Assembly: GCA_963839725.1 (NCBI GenBank)
Contig: CAWIWT010000043.1
Location: forward strand, 1,798-65,797
Length of the DNA stretch: 64,000 nt
From: an uncultured Alphaproteobacteria bacterium
Lineage (GTDB): Bacteria; Pseudomonadota; Alphaproteobacteria; Rhizobiales; Rhizobiaceae
Direction of reading: 5' to 3'
The notes under the pieces were generated by a model. That model saw only the letters and a program-made list of their open reading frames with translations. It did no database searches and was not told the DNA's origin. Position numbers and translations under genes: made by a program. The first letter of the stretch is position 1, and every line of letters begins with the position of its first letter. Of this stretch, positions 31,134 to 42,384 are shown piece by piece.

Positions 31134-34100
31134 CTATCTAAATTGATCGAGTAGTTCCTTTGCTTCGACGAGATCACGAGTATCGAGACCTTCGGTGAAC
31201 CAGGCGTAGACGGGGGCGAGCAGGTCACACGCCTCTCCGTCGCTCCCGTGGTTGTGGTACAGCCGCGCGAGACTAAGAGCCGCCCGCAACTCCAGCGATT
31301 TCGTACCTTCATCGCGGGCCATCGTTACGGCCCGTCTGAACCAGCTTTCGGCGGTATCGTCATTCGGATTTTGCTGCAGCAGGAGTTCACCCTTGGTGCG
31401 GAACAACTCCGGGAGTTGATACTTCGAGCCTGGACTCGGCAATGCTCAAGCCCTTATCCAGCAGGTCAAGTCCCTCGCTCGCCTCATCACACTCGCCGCA
31501 GGCCCGCGCCAGGACGCACAGGTAATATGGCATACTCACTTTGACGCCAGTCGCGCCGATGACTGCAATAGCCTCGCGCATCTCCGGGATGCCTTCGGCT
31601 GCTCGTCCCTCTTCGGCAAGCAGCCAGCCGAGATAGAATCTACCTTGCGAGATCAACATGGGCAGGGCGAATTCCTTGGCCCGCGCGGTCCACTTCTCTA
31701 ACCATTGGCGTCCCGCCCCGGGTTCGCGCCGCATCAGGTAGGCGTTGGTGTGGTTCTGTTGCGCCAGCACCAGCGTGATGGGATGAGACACCCGCTCGGC
31801 TAATGCCGTGGCCTCTCGGCTACGGTCGAGCGCCTGGTCGGCATAGCCGCGGAGCCAAAGAATCGATGCGGAGTATATCCTGCAGCACACGCCGGGGTCG
31901 TGCCCTGAGTAGGTGTAAGTCAGAGCATGATGCCGGTCAGGGTCATAGGTCGCAATGCCGAAGTTCAAATGGGTTTCAGCAGCGGCATAGTCTCCTAAAT
32001 AATACTTGGTGGCCCAGAGCTGATGATGCGCTTCAAGGAGATGACTCGGGTCGCCAGAGGCATGGGCGAGTTCCAAGCATTGATGGCTAAGCGCCTCAGC
32101 GGCGCGAAGATTGCCAGAAAGCATATGGTACGAGGCTGCGCCTTCGATCGCCACGAACAGCTGATTTTTGTCGCCCAGTTTCTCGGAAAGCGCTCGCGCC
32201 TTGGAAAATGCCTCCAGTACTTCCGGGGCGCTCCAGCCCCTGACGGCTTTCATGGCCACGCCCACGGCGTTCTGCAGTTGAAGCTCTTGGCGGAGGCGGC
32301 CCTCTGTGTCCGGCAGGGATGCAGAGAGCTCGAGACCTGCGCCGAGGTGAGCAACAGCCTCTCGATTCGCCGACCGCTTCAGGGCTTGCTGGCCTGCCTT
32401 CAGCCAATATGGAATAGCCTGCTCGGCGTTGCCGGCGGCGGAATAATGGTGCGCCAGCGTCTCAGGCTCGGCCTCGGCGATCTCGCGGAACTGCGCTTCC
32501 AGCTCTGACGCGATGACGGCGTGCAGCTGCTGTCGCCTGCTCTTGAGGAGGGTCTGATAGGCGGTGTCCTGCACGAGCGCATGCTTGAACGTATAGGTAG
32601 CCTCGGGCGGGATACCACGTCGAAATACGAGTTCGGACTTTTCAAGTTGCTGCAGGATGCCCTCGAGCCGGGTATCGTCGTAGCCTGTCACGGCAGCCAA
32701 TAGCCGATGGTGAAAGACGCGGCCGATGCAGGCACCGATCTGCGCCGCTTCCTTGACTGAAGCGAGCCGGTCGAGGCGGGCCATCAGCAAATCCTGCAGC
32801 GTCGACGGTATCGCGAGGAAGGGGAATGCGCCCGACAGGACATAGCGGTTGCCTTCATCGGTGAGGTAGCCGAACTCGAGAACGGTCTTGGTGAGTTCTT
32901 CGACGAATAGGGGCACTCCCTCCGTCCTGCCCAGGATCTGATTTCTGATATCGGCTGGCAGCTCCCTGCCGCCGGTCACGCGGTCGATGATCGCCGATCC
33001 TTGATCACGATCGAGGCGGCTGAGCGACAACGCTGTGACGTACGAGAACAGAGTCCACCGCGGCTGGAACTCGGGGCGGAAGGTGATGACAAGAAGCACA
33101 GGTAGATTTTGCAGACCGTCAATCAGCATGTCGAGCCATTGACTGGTCGTCGGATCAATCCAATGGGCATCCTCGATGATCATCACGACGGGCTGTCGCG
33201 CCGCGATTCCTTCGAGCAGTTGGATCAGGGCAGTCAGCGTGCGTGACTTCTGCGCCGGCGGCGGCAGCGTCAGGGGCGCGTAGCGGCCAAGGCTGTTGAT
33301 CGACAACAGTTCGGCGAACAATGGTCCAAGTTCATCGATTTCGGAGGCGGCCTGGCGCAACAGAGCCTGGAGCTTGTCGAGCTTCGTCTCCGAACTGTCG
33401 CTGCGATCCAGTCCCGCAGCGCGCTCGAGGTGCTTGACCACCGGGTAGAGCGCGCTGTTCATGTGGTAGGGAGAACAGAAATAGCGCAGCCGGGCGTGCG
33501 GCTCGGCGCTCAATCGCTCTTCCAGCGCAGCAGTCAGCCGCGACTTGCCGATGCCCGGTTCGCCAGACAGCATGACCGCCTGGCCTTTCCCTGCCCGAGC
33601 CTGCTGCCAACGCTGAAGCAAAAGGTCGAGCTCCTCGGATCGCCCTACCAGCGGCGTCGTGACGCCATGCCGCGCATCGAAGCGCCCGTCCGTATCGGCC
33701 TCGCCGATGATACGCCAAGCGGGAATGGGAGTTGCGAAGCCCTTAAGATGCTGGGGGCCGAGATCGATCATGTCAAACAATCCGACGACCAGCCGGTGTG
33801 TGCCACCAGCAATCACTACGGTGTGCGGCTCAGCCAAGGCTTGCAAGCGTGCCGCAAGGTTGGGCGTCTCGCCAATGACGGACTCTTCCTGCGCTGATCC
33901 TTCGCCAATCAGGTCGCCGACCACGACAAGACCGGTGGCAACGCCGATACGGGCTGCAAGGGGTTCGCCCGCTGGCGTTGTCAGGCTAGCGATCGCCGCC
34001 GCTGTCGCCAGGCTGGAGCGCACCGCCCGTTCGGCGTCGTCTTCGTGTGCTCTGGGCCAACCGAAATAGGCGAGCACGCCATCGCCCATGAGCTTGGCAA

Positions 34101-34488
34101 CATAACCCTCGTATCGCGCAATCTCCGCCGACACTGCACTCTGGTAGGCACGGAAGACGTCGCGCATTTCTTCCGGATCAAGCCGCTGTGACAGCTCGGT
34201 CGAACCCACGAGGTCGATGAAAACCACGGTCAGCTGCCGCCGCTCGGCCTCGCGTACAGGCGGCGCAGACCCCTGAGCGGAAGCGGAACTCATGGGCGAC
34301 ATGGTATCGTCGTCCAGCGCGGCAATCGCCGCCAGAATCTTGCGACGCGGGCCGACGGGTAGACCCAGCTCCCTCAGATCATCTTCTGTGAGATGCCGAA
34401 GCGCATCGAAATCAACTTCGTTCGCAGTGAACGCCTCTGTGTACTTGTCCAACCCGAGGCGGGCCAGCCAAGAGGCGATGTCCGGCAT
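31134..34488 (-). CDS. SAM + class III cyclase + AAA/STAND ATPase + TPR protein; +1 frameshift near 31430
   Basis: SAM WLARLGLDKY..F..NEVD..L..LTEDDLRELG; VFIDLVGST, GDGVLAYFG; GEPGIGKS; IEDAHWID. The TPR tail continues in ORF 31134-31442. Confidence 0.9.
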
Positions 34489-35284
34489 GAGATTACCTCG
34501 CTGGTCGGAAATCTATCACGACCGTCGCGAGCCGGACAGCAACTCCGCAAATTCATGATTTCGCTTTCGGCGCAAACACATCCCAAGGTGGCTTGGGTGA
34601 ATGTCGGCTCGCAAACGCTTTCCGGACCTTCAAGAACGCGAGACTGAACGGCAGTCTCGGGTCACAGAGCGACGCTTCCTGCTAGCGTCGCTCTGCCTAT
34701 TCTCACAGGTCGACCTGTTCAGAGATCGCCAAAGCGTCGTCCACTTCGATGCCGAGATAGCGGACGGTGCTCTCAAGCTTCGTATGACCCAGAAGCAGTT
34801 GCATCGCGCGAATGTTTCCCGTCTTCTTGTATATCTGCGCGGCTTTCGTCCTCATCGAATGAGTTCCGTATCGCTTCGGATCGAGCCCGATGCTGGAAAC
34901 CCATTTGTCGACAATCCTTCCGTACTGCCTGGTCGACAAATGCGATTTCGCCCTCACGCGACTTGGGAACAGATAGTCTCCTTCGGCGAGACCGCGACGA
35001 GCTATCCAGGCACCGACGGCAGCTCGGGTCTGCTCCGTGATCTCAAATTGCACCGGCCGCCCGGTCTTGTGATCACCGCCCGATCCCGCACAATGCCCGA
35101 TAGCGCAACGTCGCCGACACTGATGGTGACCAAGTCACAGCCTCTCAGCTTGCTGTCGATGGCGAGATTGAAGAGCGCCAAATCCCGCAGCGTGCCTGAC
35201 ACCTGCAGTCGTGTTCGAATGCTCCAGACCTCGCGTCGTTTGAGAGGAGGCTTCTGACCAATTGTATGGCCTCGGTTCCAGCTA

Positions 35285-36333
35285 GAGCGGGATGAGATTT
35301 GATTGAATCGCTGGGATTCCCATTGGTCTGCAAATCTAATTCAAGATGCTGGCTGGTGTTGGAGGCTGGCATGGATGAGCAAACCCTATTCGGACGATCT
35401 TCGTGGGCGCGTTGTCAGCAGTGTGATTGAAAATGGGCTGTCGCGGCGGCAGGCGGCTGAGCGCTACGATCTTGGGATCAGCACGGTGATCCGTTGGGTT
35501 GCGCGCTTTGAAGAGACCGGCAGCTTCAGCCCCGGCAAGATCGGCGGCTACAAGCCGCGTGCGATCTCGGGCAGGCATCGCGACTGGCTGGTGGAACGCT
35601 GCCGCGCCTCGGCCTTCACCTTGCGCGGCCTGGTGGCCGAATTGGCTGGACGCGGGTTGAAGGTGGACTATCGGTCGGTATGGGCGTTCGTCCACGAGGA
35701 GAAACTGTCTTACAAAAAAAGACGCTGGTCGCGGCCGAGCGCAAACGGCCCGATGTCGCGCGTCGACGCGATCAGTGGATGAAGTATCGCGATCTGATCG
35801 ACCCTTCGCGCCTGATCTTCATTGACGAGACATGGACCAAGACGAATATGACGCCGCTCTTCGGCTGGGCGCCCATCGGTGAGCGGCTTCCCGGCGAGGC
35901 GCCCCACGGCCATTGGCAGACCATGACCCTCGTGGCCGCACTCAGGCACGATCGTGTCGATGCGCCATGGCTTCTCGACTGTCCCATCAACGGCGAGCGC
36001 TTCCAGCTCTATGTCGACGACGTTCTCGTCCCGACACTCAAGCCTGGTGACATCGTCGTCATGGACAACCTCGGCTCGCACAAGGGCAAGGCCGTTCGAC
36101 GCTCCATACGCGCCGCTGGCGCAAGGCTCTTCTTCCTGCCCAAATACTCGCCCGACCTGAACCCCATCGAACAGCTCTTCGCCAAGATCAAGCATTGGCT
36201 CCGAGACGCCGCGCAACGCTCCGTCGAGACCGTCTGCCGCGCACTGGGCGATATCCTGCGCGACATCAGCACCGCCGAATGCTCAAACTACTTCAGAAAT
36301 GCCGGATATACCCAACCTAATCTCATCCCGCTC
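35285..36333 (+). mobile_element. IS630-family insertion sequence
   Basis: Perfect terminal inverted repeat GAGCGGGATGAGATT / AATCTCATCCCGCTC, each flanked by TA (35283-35284, 36334-36335) within CTAG. Confidence 0.93.
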
Positions 36334-36336
36334 TAG
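35375..36336 (+). CDS. IS630 transposase, orfA/orfB joined by a probable programmed -1 frameshift
   Basis: MSKPYSDDLR HTH; A7 run after TCTTAC near 35715; IFIDETW, MDNLGSHK, YSPDLNPIEQ; the stop uses the TA target. Confidence 0.88.
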
Positions 36337-36772
36337 GCATGGTTCTTACTCCATGCCGCCCTCCGCAGCCGCAGCGCTCGACGTGAGCAGGGCGCCAAGG
36401 TATCAATGACTGGATAACCTAGTAGCCGCCCCTCGGTCGCTACGAAACTGAGGCGATCAACTGGCGCAATCGCGCCATGTCGAGACCTTTGCAATCACCT
36501 TCGCAGAGGTCGCGTTTCGACCCCTTCTCGGACAGTCGCTTCAGAGCGCCAGCAGGCTGTTGAGGCGCCAAATGCGCTTCCATGACAGACTCAGCCGTAT
36601 TTCACCCGCTCTGCGCCGCCAGTAATATTCGCTGATTAGCGCAATGTGCTGACAGCGAGCGGCGAAAAATGCACAAATGATCGGCCGTGACACCTGCCAA
36701 GCCTGTTGCTCACTCATAGCGCTCTCCTGGCCGCCTGAGCGTTCGCGCCAAAGCCTGCCGCTGCGACACTCA

Positions 36773-37212
36773 TCAGCCCGGACCATGCAGCCGAGGCGAT
36801 CCAACCAAACCCGAGATAGCGGCGGCCGCGATGAACAAATCTGGCGGTGGGCGAAGCGCCAGCAGCGCCAGCCCGATCGAGGCCAACGTAAACTGCGTCA
36901 GCAGACTTTTCGTCGCATGATCCGGTTCCGTCGGACGCATTACGCGAGACGCGAGACGGATTCCAGCTGCGGTGAAATCGATGAAACGGTCACTGGTCAG
37001 CGCTACTCCCAAGCGATCAAGAGATATGTCCATCGCAGAAGGGGCAGAAGTTGGTCCATTTTGGATGCGACATTTGCAACGAGATCCGGAGACGCCGGAA
37101 CGATCAGTCCATGTTGCGCCGCCAGAAACATGCCAAACGTCACCGTTCCCACAGCCGCGCCCTGAATGAACGCTGCGGCCAGACCGGCTTGAAACAGCAG
37201 CAACCGTGACAT
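36773..37212 (-). pseudogene. Possible small membrane protein (two overlapping hydrophobic ORFs)
   Basis: Hydrophobic ORFs directly after hyfI; no recognised motif. Confidence 0.3.
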
Positions 37213-37218
37213 TCGCCC

Positions 37219-37755
37219 TCAGAGAGCGCGCATCGGCGAGTTGACCCTCTCAAGCAGCGCGAGCAACCCTTTTAGAATCTCGATCGGCGACGGCGGGCAA
37301 CCTGGAATATGCAGATCGACGGGCACGACGTCCGACACGCCGCCCACCACCGCGTAGCTCCCCGCGAAACATCCGCCGTTGCGCGCGCAATCGCCGATAG
37401 CCACCACCCATTTTGGATTGGGCGTTGCATCGTAGGTTCGCTTCAGCGCTTCGCGCATGTTTTTGGTGACCGGGCCTGTGACAAGCAGCACATCGGCATG
37501 GCGCGGCGACGCCACGAAGCGGATGCCGAAACGCTCGATGTCATAGAACGCGTTGTTGAGCGCGTGTATTTCAAGTTCGCAGCCATTGCAGGAACCGGCG
37601 TCAACCGCCCGGATCGACAGGCTTCGCCCCAGCCGCCGCTTGTAAGCCGCGCCATCAAGCGCGCGAGCGAGTTCCTGCATCGCGGCATCGCTTGCCGGAG
37701 GCTTTCGCTCGGTGACGGGCGGCCGTATCAGGTTTGTGAAGAGAAGCTTGCGCAT
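37219..37755 (-). CDS. hyfI: Group 4 hydrogenase-related small Fe-S subunit (NuoB-like)
   Basis: GSCNGCELE, ASPRHADVLLVTG, GDCA, IPGCPP. Confidence 0.9.
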   Translation of the reverse strand: MRKLLFTNLIRPPVTERKPPASDAAMQELARALDGAAYKRRLGRSLSIRAVDAGSCNGCELEIHALNNAFYDIERFGIRFVASPRHADVLLVTGPVTKNMREALKRTYDATPNPKWVVAIGDCARNGGCFAGSYAVVGGVSDVVPVDLHIPGCPPSPIEILKGLLALLERVNSPMRAL

Positions 37756-37767
37756 GACGGCGTGCCT

Positions 37768-39282
37768 TCAGAGGTCGTGACCGGAATAGGAGCAATTGAA
37801 CGACTTGTTGCAGAGCGGAAAGTCGGCGACGATGTTTCCCTCGATCGCAGCTTCGAGCAGCGGCCACTGAAACCACGACGGATCGCGCAGGTGGCACCGT
37901 TCGATCCGGCCGCCTTCGCCGATGCGCAGCCAGGCCAGAATGTCGCCCCGGAACCCTTCGACGAGCGCCATGCCTTCCCGCGTTTCATTTGCTGGCGCAA
38001 CCTCGACGCGGACCGGACCGTCGGGCAGCCGTTGCAGGATTTGTTCGATCAGAGACAGGCTCTGCTCGACCTCACGGATGCGAATCCAGACACGGGCGTT
38101 CACATCGCCCTCCTGGAGGCGAGGCACATCGAAGGCGAGTTCATCATACGGTGGATAGCCGGGAGCCCGCCGCGCGTCGAAATCCCGTCCGGAGGCGCGG
38201 CCGACATAGCCGCCAGCTCCATACTGCCGGGCGAGTTCTGCCTTGAGCCGTCCGGTCGCGACGGTTCTGTCCTGCAGCGAGGCCGTGTTGTCGTAGAGTT
38301 CGACTAGGGCGGGAAAGCGCTGCCTGGTCTCGGCGATCAGGGATTGGACCGCGGACGCCCCCTCACCGTTCAGATCGCTTGCCACGCCTCCCGGCACGAT
38401 GCGGTCGCGCATCAAACGGTGGCCAAAGGCCGCATCGCCCGCGCGCAACACACGTTCGCGCAGCACGCCGCAATGCGTATGCATGAGAGCGAAGGCGGCG
38501 TCGTTGCAGATGGCGCCGATGTCACCGAGATGGTTGGCGAGACGCTCGAGTTCGGCCATGAGCGCGCGCAGCCAGACCGCGCGAGACGGAACACCGACGT
38601 TCAGCGCCGCCTCGACCGCTCGGGCGAAGGCGAGAGAATAGGCTACGGTGCTGTCGCCGGAGGTTCGGCCCGCCAGTAAGGCCGCACGCGCGACGGGCGA
38701 CCCAGCCATCAGGCCCTCTATGCCCTTATGCACATATCCGAGGCGCTCCTCCAGCCGAACAACCGTTTCGCCGCTGGCGGTGAAGCGAAAATGCCCCGGC
38801 TCGATGATGCCGGCATGCACAGGCCCGACCGGGATCTGGTGCAGGCTCTCGCCTTCGGCGGGCAGGAATGGGTAGGGAGGCGCGGTCGCCGCTGGCATCT
38901 CGACGCGCGCTCCGAGCGGATGGCTAACGCCCCATTGGCCATGATCAAGCCAGGGGCGGATGTCCGGCAACCCTTCCGGCACAAGCCCAAACAGGTCCGC
39001 CGCCGCGCGCTCAAGGCGCAATGCGGGCGGATGCAACCGGCCGACGGATGGATAGCGGCCATCCGGGCATTCCAGACTGACAACGCCGAGATCTTGCGCC
39101 TCGCCGAGAAGCGCCATGTGGACGGCCTCCGGTTCACCCCAGAGACCAAGTAGACTGCAGCGGCCTCCGGCCAGCTGTTCAGCTACGAGGTTCCAACCCT
39201 TCTGGGTTACGATGGCGCGCGTCCAAGGGAAGTGATGGTTGACGCGACGGCCAGCCTGAATGATCTCAGTCAGAGCGAGCAC
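37768..39282 (-). CDS. hyfG: Hydrogenase-related large subunit with fused NuoC-like domain, lacking Ni-binding CxxC motifs
   Basis: GPVHAGIIEPGHFRF, RLGYVHKGIE; RTSGDS replaces RxCGxC; ends DFPLCNKSFNCSYSGHDL. Start GTG 39282 after AAGGAG. Confidence 0.88.
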   Translation of the reverse strand: MLALTEIIQAGRRVNHHFPWTRAIVTQKGWNLVAEQLAGGRCSLLGLWGEPEAVHMALLGEAQDLGVVSLECPDGRYPSVGRLHPPALRLERAAADLFGLVPEGLPDIRPWLDHGQWGVSHPLGARVEMPAATAPPYPFLPAEGESLHQIPVGPVHAGIIEPGHFRFTASGETVVRLEERLGYVHKGIEGLMAGSPVARAALLAGRTSGDSTVAYSLAFARAVEAALNVGVPSRAVWLRALMAELERLANHLGDIGAICNDAAFALMHTHCGVLRERVLRAGDAAFGHRLMRDRIVPGGVASDLNGEGASAVQSLIAETRQRFPALVELYDNTASLQDRTVATGRLKAELARQYGAGGYVGRASGRDFDARRAPGYPPYDELAFDVPRLQEGDVNARVWIRIREVEQSLSLIEQILQRLPDGPVRVEVAPANETREGMALVEGFRGDILAWLRIGEGGRIERCHLRDPSWFQWPLLEAAIEGNIVADFPLCNKSFNCSYSGHDL

Positions 39283-39317
39283 GCTCCTTTTCTTCATCCG
39301 CTTCATGCCAGTCCGCT

Positions 39318-40769
39318 TCATCCCAGGATGTCCGCGACGTGCTGGAACCACGCCACCAGAGGTGGCGGCAGGTAGACGCCGGCCGCAAACACCAGTGCCA
39401 GGTGGGAATACATAGGCACGTAGGATGCCTCAGCCGGCGCGGTGCTTCCGCGTGGCTCGCCGAAGGCGACGCCGGTCAATCGAAGCAGCAGGGCGCCGAA
39501 GGCGAGCAGAAGCCCGAACACCAGCGGGATCGCCAGAAGCGGTTGTCTTGCAAATGTCGAACTCACGACCAGGAATTCGCTCATGAAAATGCCAAGCGGC
39601 GGGAGGCCGGCGATGGCGACGACGCCGATGACAAGTGCCCAGCCCAGCCCGGGTTGGGTTTCCGTCAACCCCCTTATGTCGGCGATCTTCTGTGTACCCT
39701 TGACCTGCGCGATGTGGCCGACCGCGAAAAAAATCGCCGACTTGGTCAGGCTGTGCATCACCATGTGCAGCAGACCGGCGAAGTTGGCGAGCGGGCCACC
39801 CATGCCGAAAGCAAACACGATGATGCCCATGTGCTCGATCGAGGAGTATGCGAACAGGCGTTTGATGTCGCGGCGGCGGTAGAGCATGAAGGCCGCGAAA
39901 ATGAGGGAGGTGAGCCCCATCGTGATCATCAGCGGCCCCGGCGCGATCGCGTCCGGGCTTGCGGCGAGCAAGAGCTTGAAGCGCAGCACCGCATAGAGCG
40001 CGACATTGAGCAGCAGGCCCGACAGCACCGCGGAGATCGGCGTCGGGCCTTCGGCATGCGCGTCGGGCAGCCAGGCATGCAGGGGCGCAAGGCCGACCTT
40101 CGTCCCGTAACCGAGCAGCAGGAAGACGAAGGCGACGTTGAGCAAGGCCGGGTCGAAACGCGCCGCCTGCTCGATCAGCACCGTCCAGACCATCGCATTC
40201 GTGCCCTCGCCGACGATCGGCTGGGCGGTCATGTAGACGAGGATGGTGCCGAAGAGTGCAAGCGCGATGCCGACGCTTCCCAGAATGAAATATTTCCAGG
40301 CCGCCTCCAGTGCTTCATGCGTGCGATAGATACCGACCATGAGCACGGTGGTCAGCGTGGCGAGTTCGACCGCCACCCACATCAGGCCTATGTTGTTCGA
40401 CACGAATGCGAGGTTCATGCCGAACATCATGACCTGGTACATCGCGTGATAGAATCGCAGGTTGAGCGCGGTCAAGCGGCCGGTCTCCAGCTCATGCGCG
40501 ATGTAGGAAGCGCTGAACACGCTGGTCGTGAAACCGACGAATGTGTTGAGCACGATGAACACGATGTTGAGGTCATCGACCAGCAGATACTGCCCTGGTT
40601 GTGGCCGCTCGGTGATGAACAGCGAGAGGGCGGCGAGCAAGGTCAGAAAACTTGCGGCCACGTTCAGGCGCGCTGTCACCCGGTAGTTCGGCAATGCTGC
40701 CAGGAGAGCGGCAGCACCGATCGGTATCAGCAAAATGGCAGCAACGGCATCGAAGGAGAACGCGGTCAT
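39318..40769 (-). CDS. hyfF: Antiporter-like membrane subunit
   Basis: LEAAWKY, GYGTKVGLAPLHAWLPDAHAEGP, KRLFAYSSIEH. Confidence 0.9.
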   Translation of the reverse strand: MTAFSFDAVAAILLIPIGAAALLAALPNYRVTARLNVAASFLTLLAALSLFITERPQPGQYLLVDDLNIVFIVLNTFVGFTTSVFSASYIAHELETGRLTALNLRFYHAMYQVMMFGMNLAFVSNNIGLMWVAVELATLTTVLMVGIYRTHEALEAAWKYFILGSVGIALALFGTILVYMTAQPIVGEGTNAMVWTVLIEQAARFDPALLNVAFVFLLLGYGTKVGLAPLHAWLPDAHAEGPTPISAVLSGLLLNVALYAVLRFKLLLAASPDAIAPGPLMITMGLTSLIFAAFMLYRRRDIKRLFAYSSIEHMGIIVFAFGMGGPLANFAGLLHMVMHSLTKSAIFFAVGHIAQVKGTQKIADIRGLTETQPGLGWALVIGVVAIAGLPPLGIFMSEFLVVSSTFARQPLLAIPLVFGLLLAFGALLLRLTGVAFGEPRGSTAPAEASYVPMYSHLALVFAAGVYLPPPLVAWFQHVADILG

Positions 40770-41428
40770 CGGCATTCGCCCCGGTAGTCGTCGAGCGCGC
40801 CGAGATCCACGGAATCGAACCTCTCGCGGATGCGGAACAGAAAGACGCCGATGACGATAAAAGCGATCAGGATCGAAAAGGCGACGCTGATCTCGACGAC
40901 CAGTGGCATCCCCTTGGCTCCCGTCGCCGCGAGGACCAACCCGTTCTCCAGCGACATGAACCCGACAACCTGGCTGACGGCGTTCCGGCGGGTGACCATC
41001 ACCAGCAGCCCCAACAATATTATCGACAGCGCGAAGGCCAGATCCTCGCGTGTCAGCGGATCGGCATCGTGAGTGACCCGCAGCATCAGAACCATGGACA
41101 GCGTCACCAGACCTATTCCGGCCAGCATGGTCGGGCCGATGCCAACAGCGGTCTCGATGTCGCGATGGATACCGAGCCTCTGAATGATGCGATGAAGCCC
41201 GACAGGAATGACGATCGCCTTGAAAACCAGAGCAATCACCGCCGTCACGTAGAGATGGTGGGCGTCCTGAATGTAGGCCTGCCAAGCCACGGAGAGCGCC
41301 AGCACGACCGCATGAAGCGCAAAGACGTTGATCAGCGCGAAAAGCCGATCCTGATACAGCATCATGAAACTGACCAGCACCAGGCCGCCGGCCAGCAAAT
41401 GAGCGACATCGAAGGTGAGGCCGTCCAT
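40766..41428 (-). CDS. hyfE: Membrane subunit
   Basis: Multi-TM, GFMSLENG; ATGA overlap with hyfF. Confidence 0.88.
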   Translation of the reverse strand: MDGLTFDVAHLLAGGLVLVSFMMLYQDRLFALINVFALHAVVLALSVAWQAYIQDAHHLYVTAVIALVFKAIVIPVGLHRIIQRLGIHRDIETAVGIGPTMLAGIGLVTLSMVLMLRVTHDADPLTREDLAFALSIILLGLLVMVTRRNAVSQVVGFMSLENGLVLAATGAKGMPLVVEISVAFSILIAFIVIGVFLFRIRERFDSVDLGALDDYRGECR

Positions 41429-42384
41429 CAGAGGCTCCGCGAGACGAACAGCAGCAGCGTACCGAGCAGCGCCAGCATCAGTGCTGCCCCGAGGAAATCC
41501 GGAACGCGGAAGACGCGCATCTTGGCGATGGCGGTCTCGAACAGCGCGAGAAGAATACCGCAGGCGGCGAGCTTGCCGAGATAGGTGACGAGGCCCAGGA
41601 CAAAGGAACCCGGCCCCGCCCCGGCTGCCGCCAGCCCCCAGGGCAGGAACACGCAGGAAACCAGCGAGACGTAGAGCAGCAGCTTCAGGAAGGTGGCGAA
41701 CTCGATCATCGCCAGGTGGCGACCGGAATATTCCAGGATCATCGCCTCGTGAACCATGGTGAGTTCCAGGTGGGTCGCCGGATTATCCACTGGTATGCGG
41801 CCGTTTTCGGCGATCGCCACCATAACGAGCGCAATGAGCGCCATCCCGAGCGATACCCGCAGGCCGACTTCCGACGAGCTCATGAAAGCGGCAACCGTGG
41901 AAAGTTGAGTCGCCCCGGCGACGAGCGCGAGGCTGAACACGATCAACAGCATGGCGGGTTCGGCCAGCGAGGCGATCATTACCTCACGGCTGGATCCTAT
42001 GCCACCGAAGCTCGTGCCGACATCCATCCCCGCCAGCGCCAGGAAGAATCGCGCGCTTCCGAGCAGCGCGACAATGGCTATGAGGTCGGCCGTCCAACTG
42101 AATTTGAGACCCGCAGCGAATGTCGGAATGAGCGCCGCACCAACCCAGGTCGCGGCGAAGATCAGATAGGGCGTGACGCGAAACAGCCAGGATGCGTTGT
42201 CGGCGAGCACGACCTCCTTGCGCATGAGCCGCAGGAGGTCGCGATACGGCTGGATCAGGGAAGGCCCCTGGCGCCGCAGCAGCCTCGCCTTCACCTTGCG
42301 TACGAAGCCGGTCAAGAGCGGCGCCAGCAAGAGCACCAGCAGCATCTGTGCGCCCTGGGTAACCAGATCGAGGATCAGGGCCAT
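41428..42384 (-). CDS. hyfC: NuoH-like membrane subunit
   Basis: RRQGPSLIQPYRDL, ENGRIPVDNP..HLELTMVHEAM..EYSG. Confidence 0.88.
   Translation of the reverse strand: MALILDLVTQGAQMLLVLLLAPLLTGFVRKVKARLLRRQGPSLIQPYRDLLRLMRKEVVLADNASWLFRVTPYLIFAATWVGAALIPTFAAGLKFSWTADLIAIVALLGSARFFLALAGMDVGTSFGGIGSSREVMIASLAEPAMLLIVFSLALVAGATQLSTVAAFMSSSEVGLRVSLGMALIALVMVAIAENGRIPVDNPATHLELTMVHEAMILEYSGRHLAMIEFATFLKLLLYVSLVSCVFLPWGLAAAGAGPGSFVLGLVTYLGKLAACGILLALFETAIAKMRVFRVPDFLGAALMLALLGTLLLFVSRSL

Larger units (their letters stand above)
34703..36340 (-). pseudogene. Small tyrosine recombinase/integrase, interrupted by IS630 at codon 2-3 and frameshifted
   Basis: Removing IS630 gives ATG CCT AGC TGG AAC CGA (MPSWNRGHTIGQKPPLK). 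SKLRGCDL, HSMR, LLGH and TVRYLG catalytic residues are present. Confidence 0.8.

Noticed and set aside
35710-35725. IS630 frameshift as a defect
   Set aside because: An A7 slippery site between orfA and orfB is normal for this family.
34600-36700. tRNA or att site for the tyrosine integrase
   Set aside because: No tRNA-like sequence or flanking direct repeat was found by eye.
37768-39282. Functional [NiFe]-hydrogenase
   Set aside because: Both Ni-binding CxxC motifs are absent and there are no maturation genes.
39318-41285. 655-aa ORF suggesting a hyfE-hyfF fusion
   Set aside because: The extension overlaps hyfE in another frame and is not protein-like; hyfF starts at ATG 40769.
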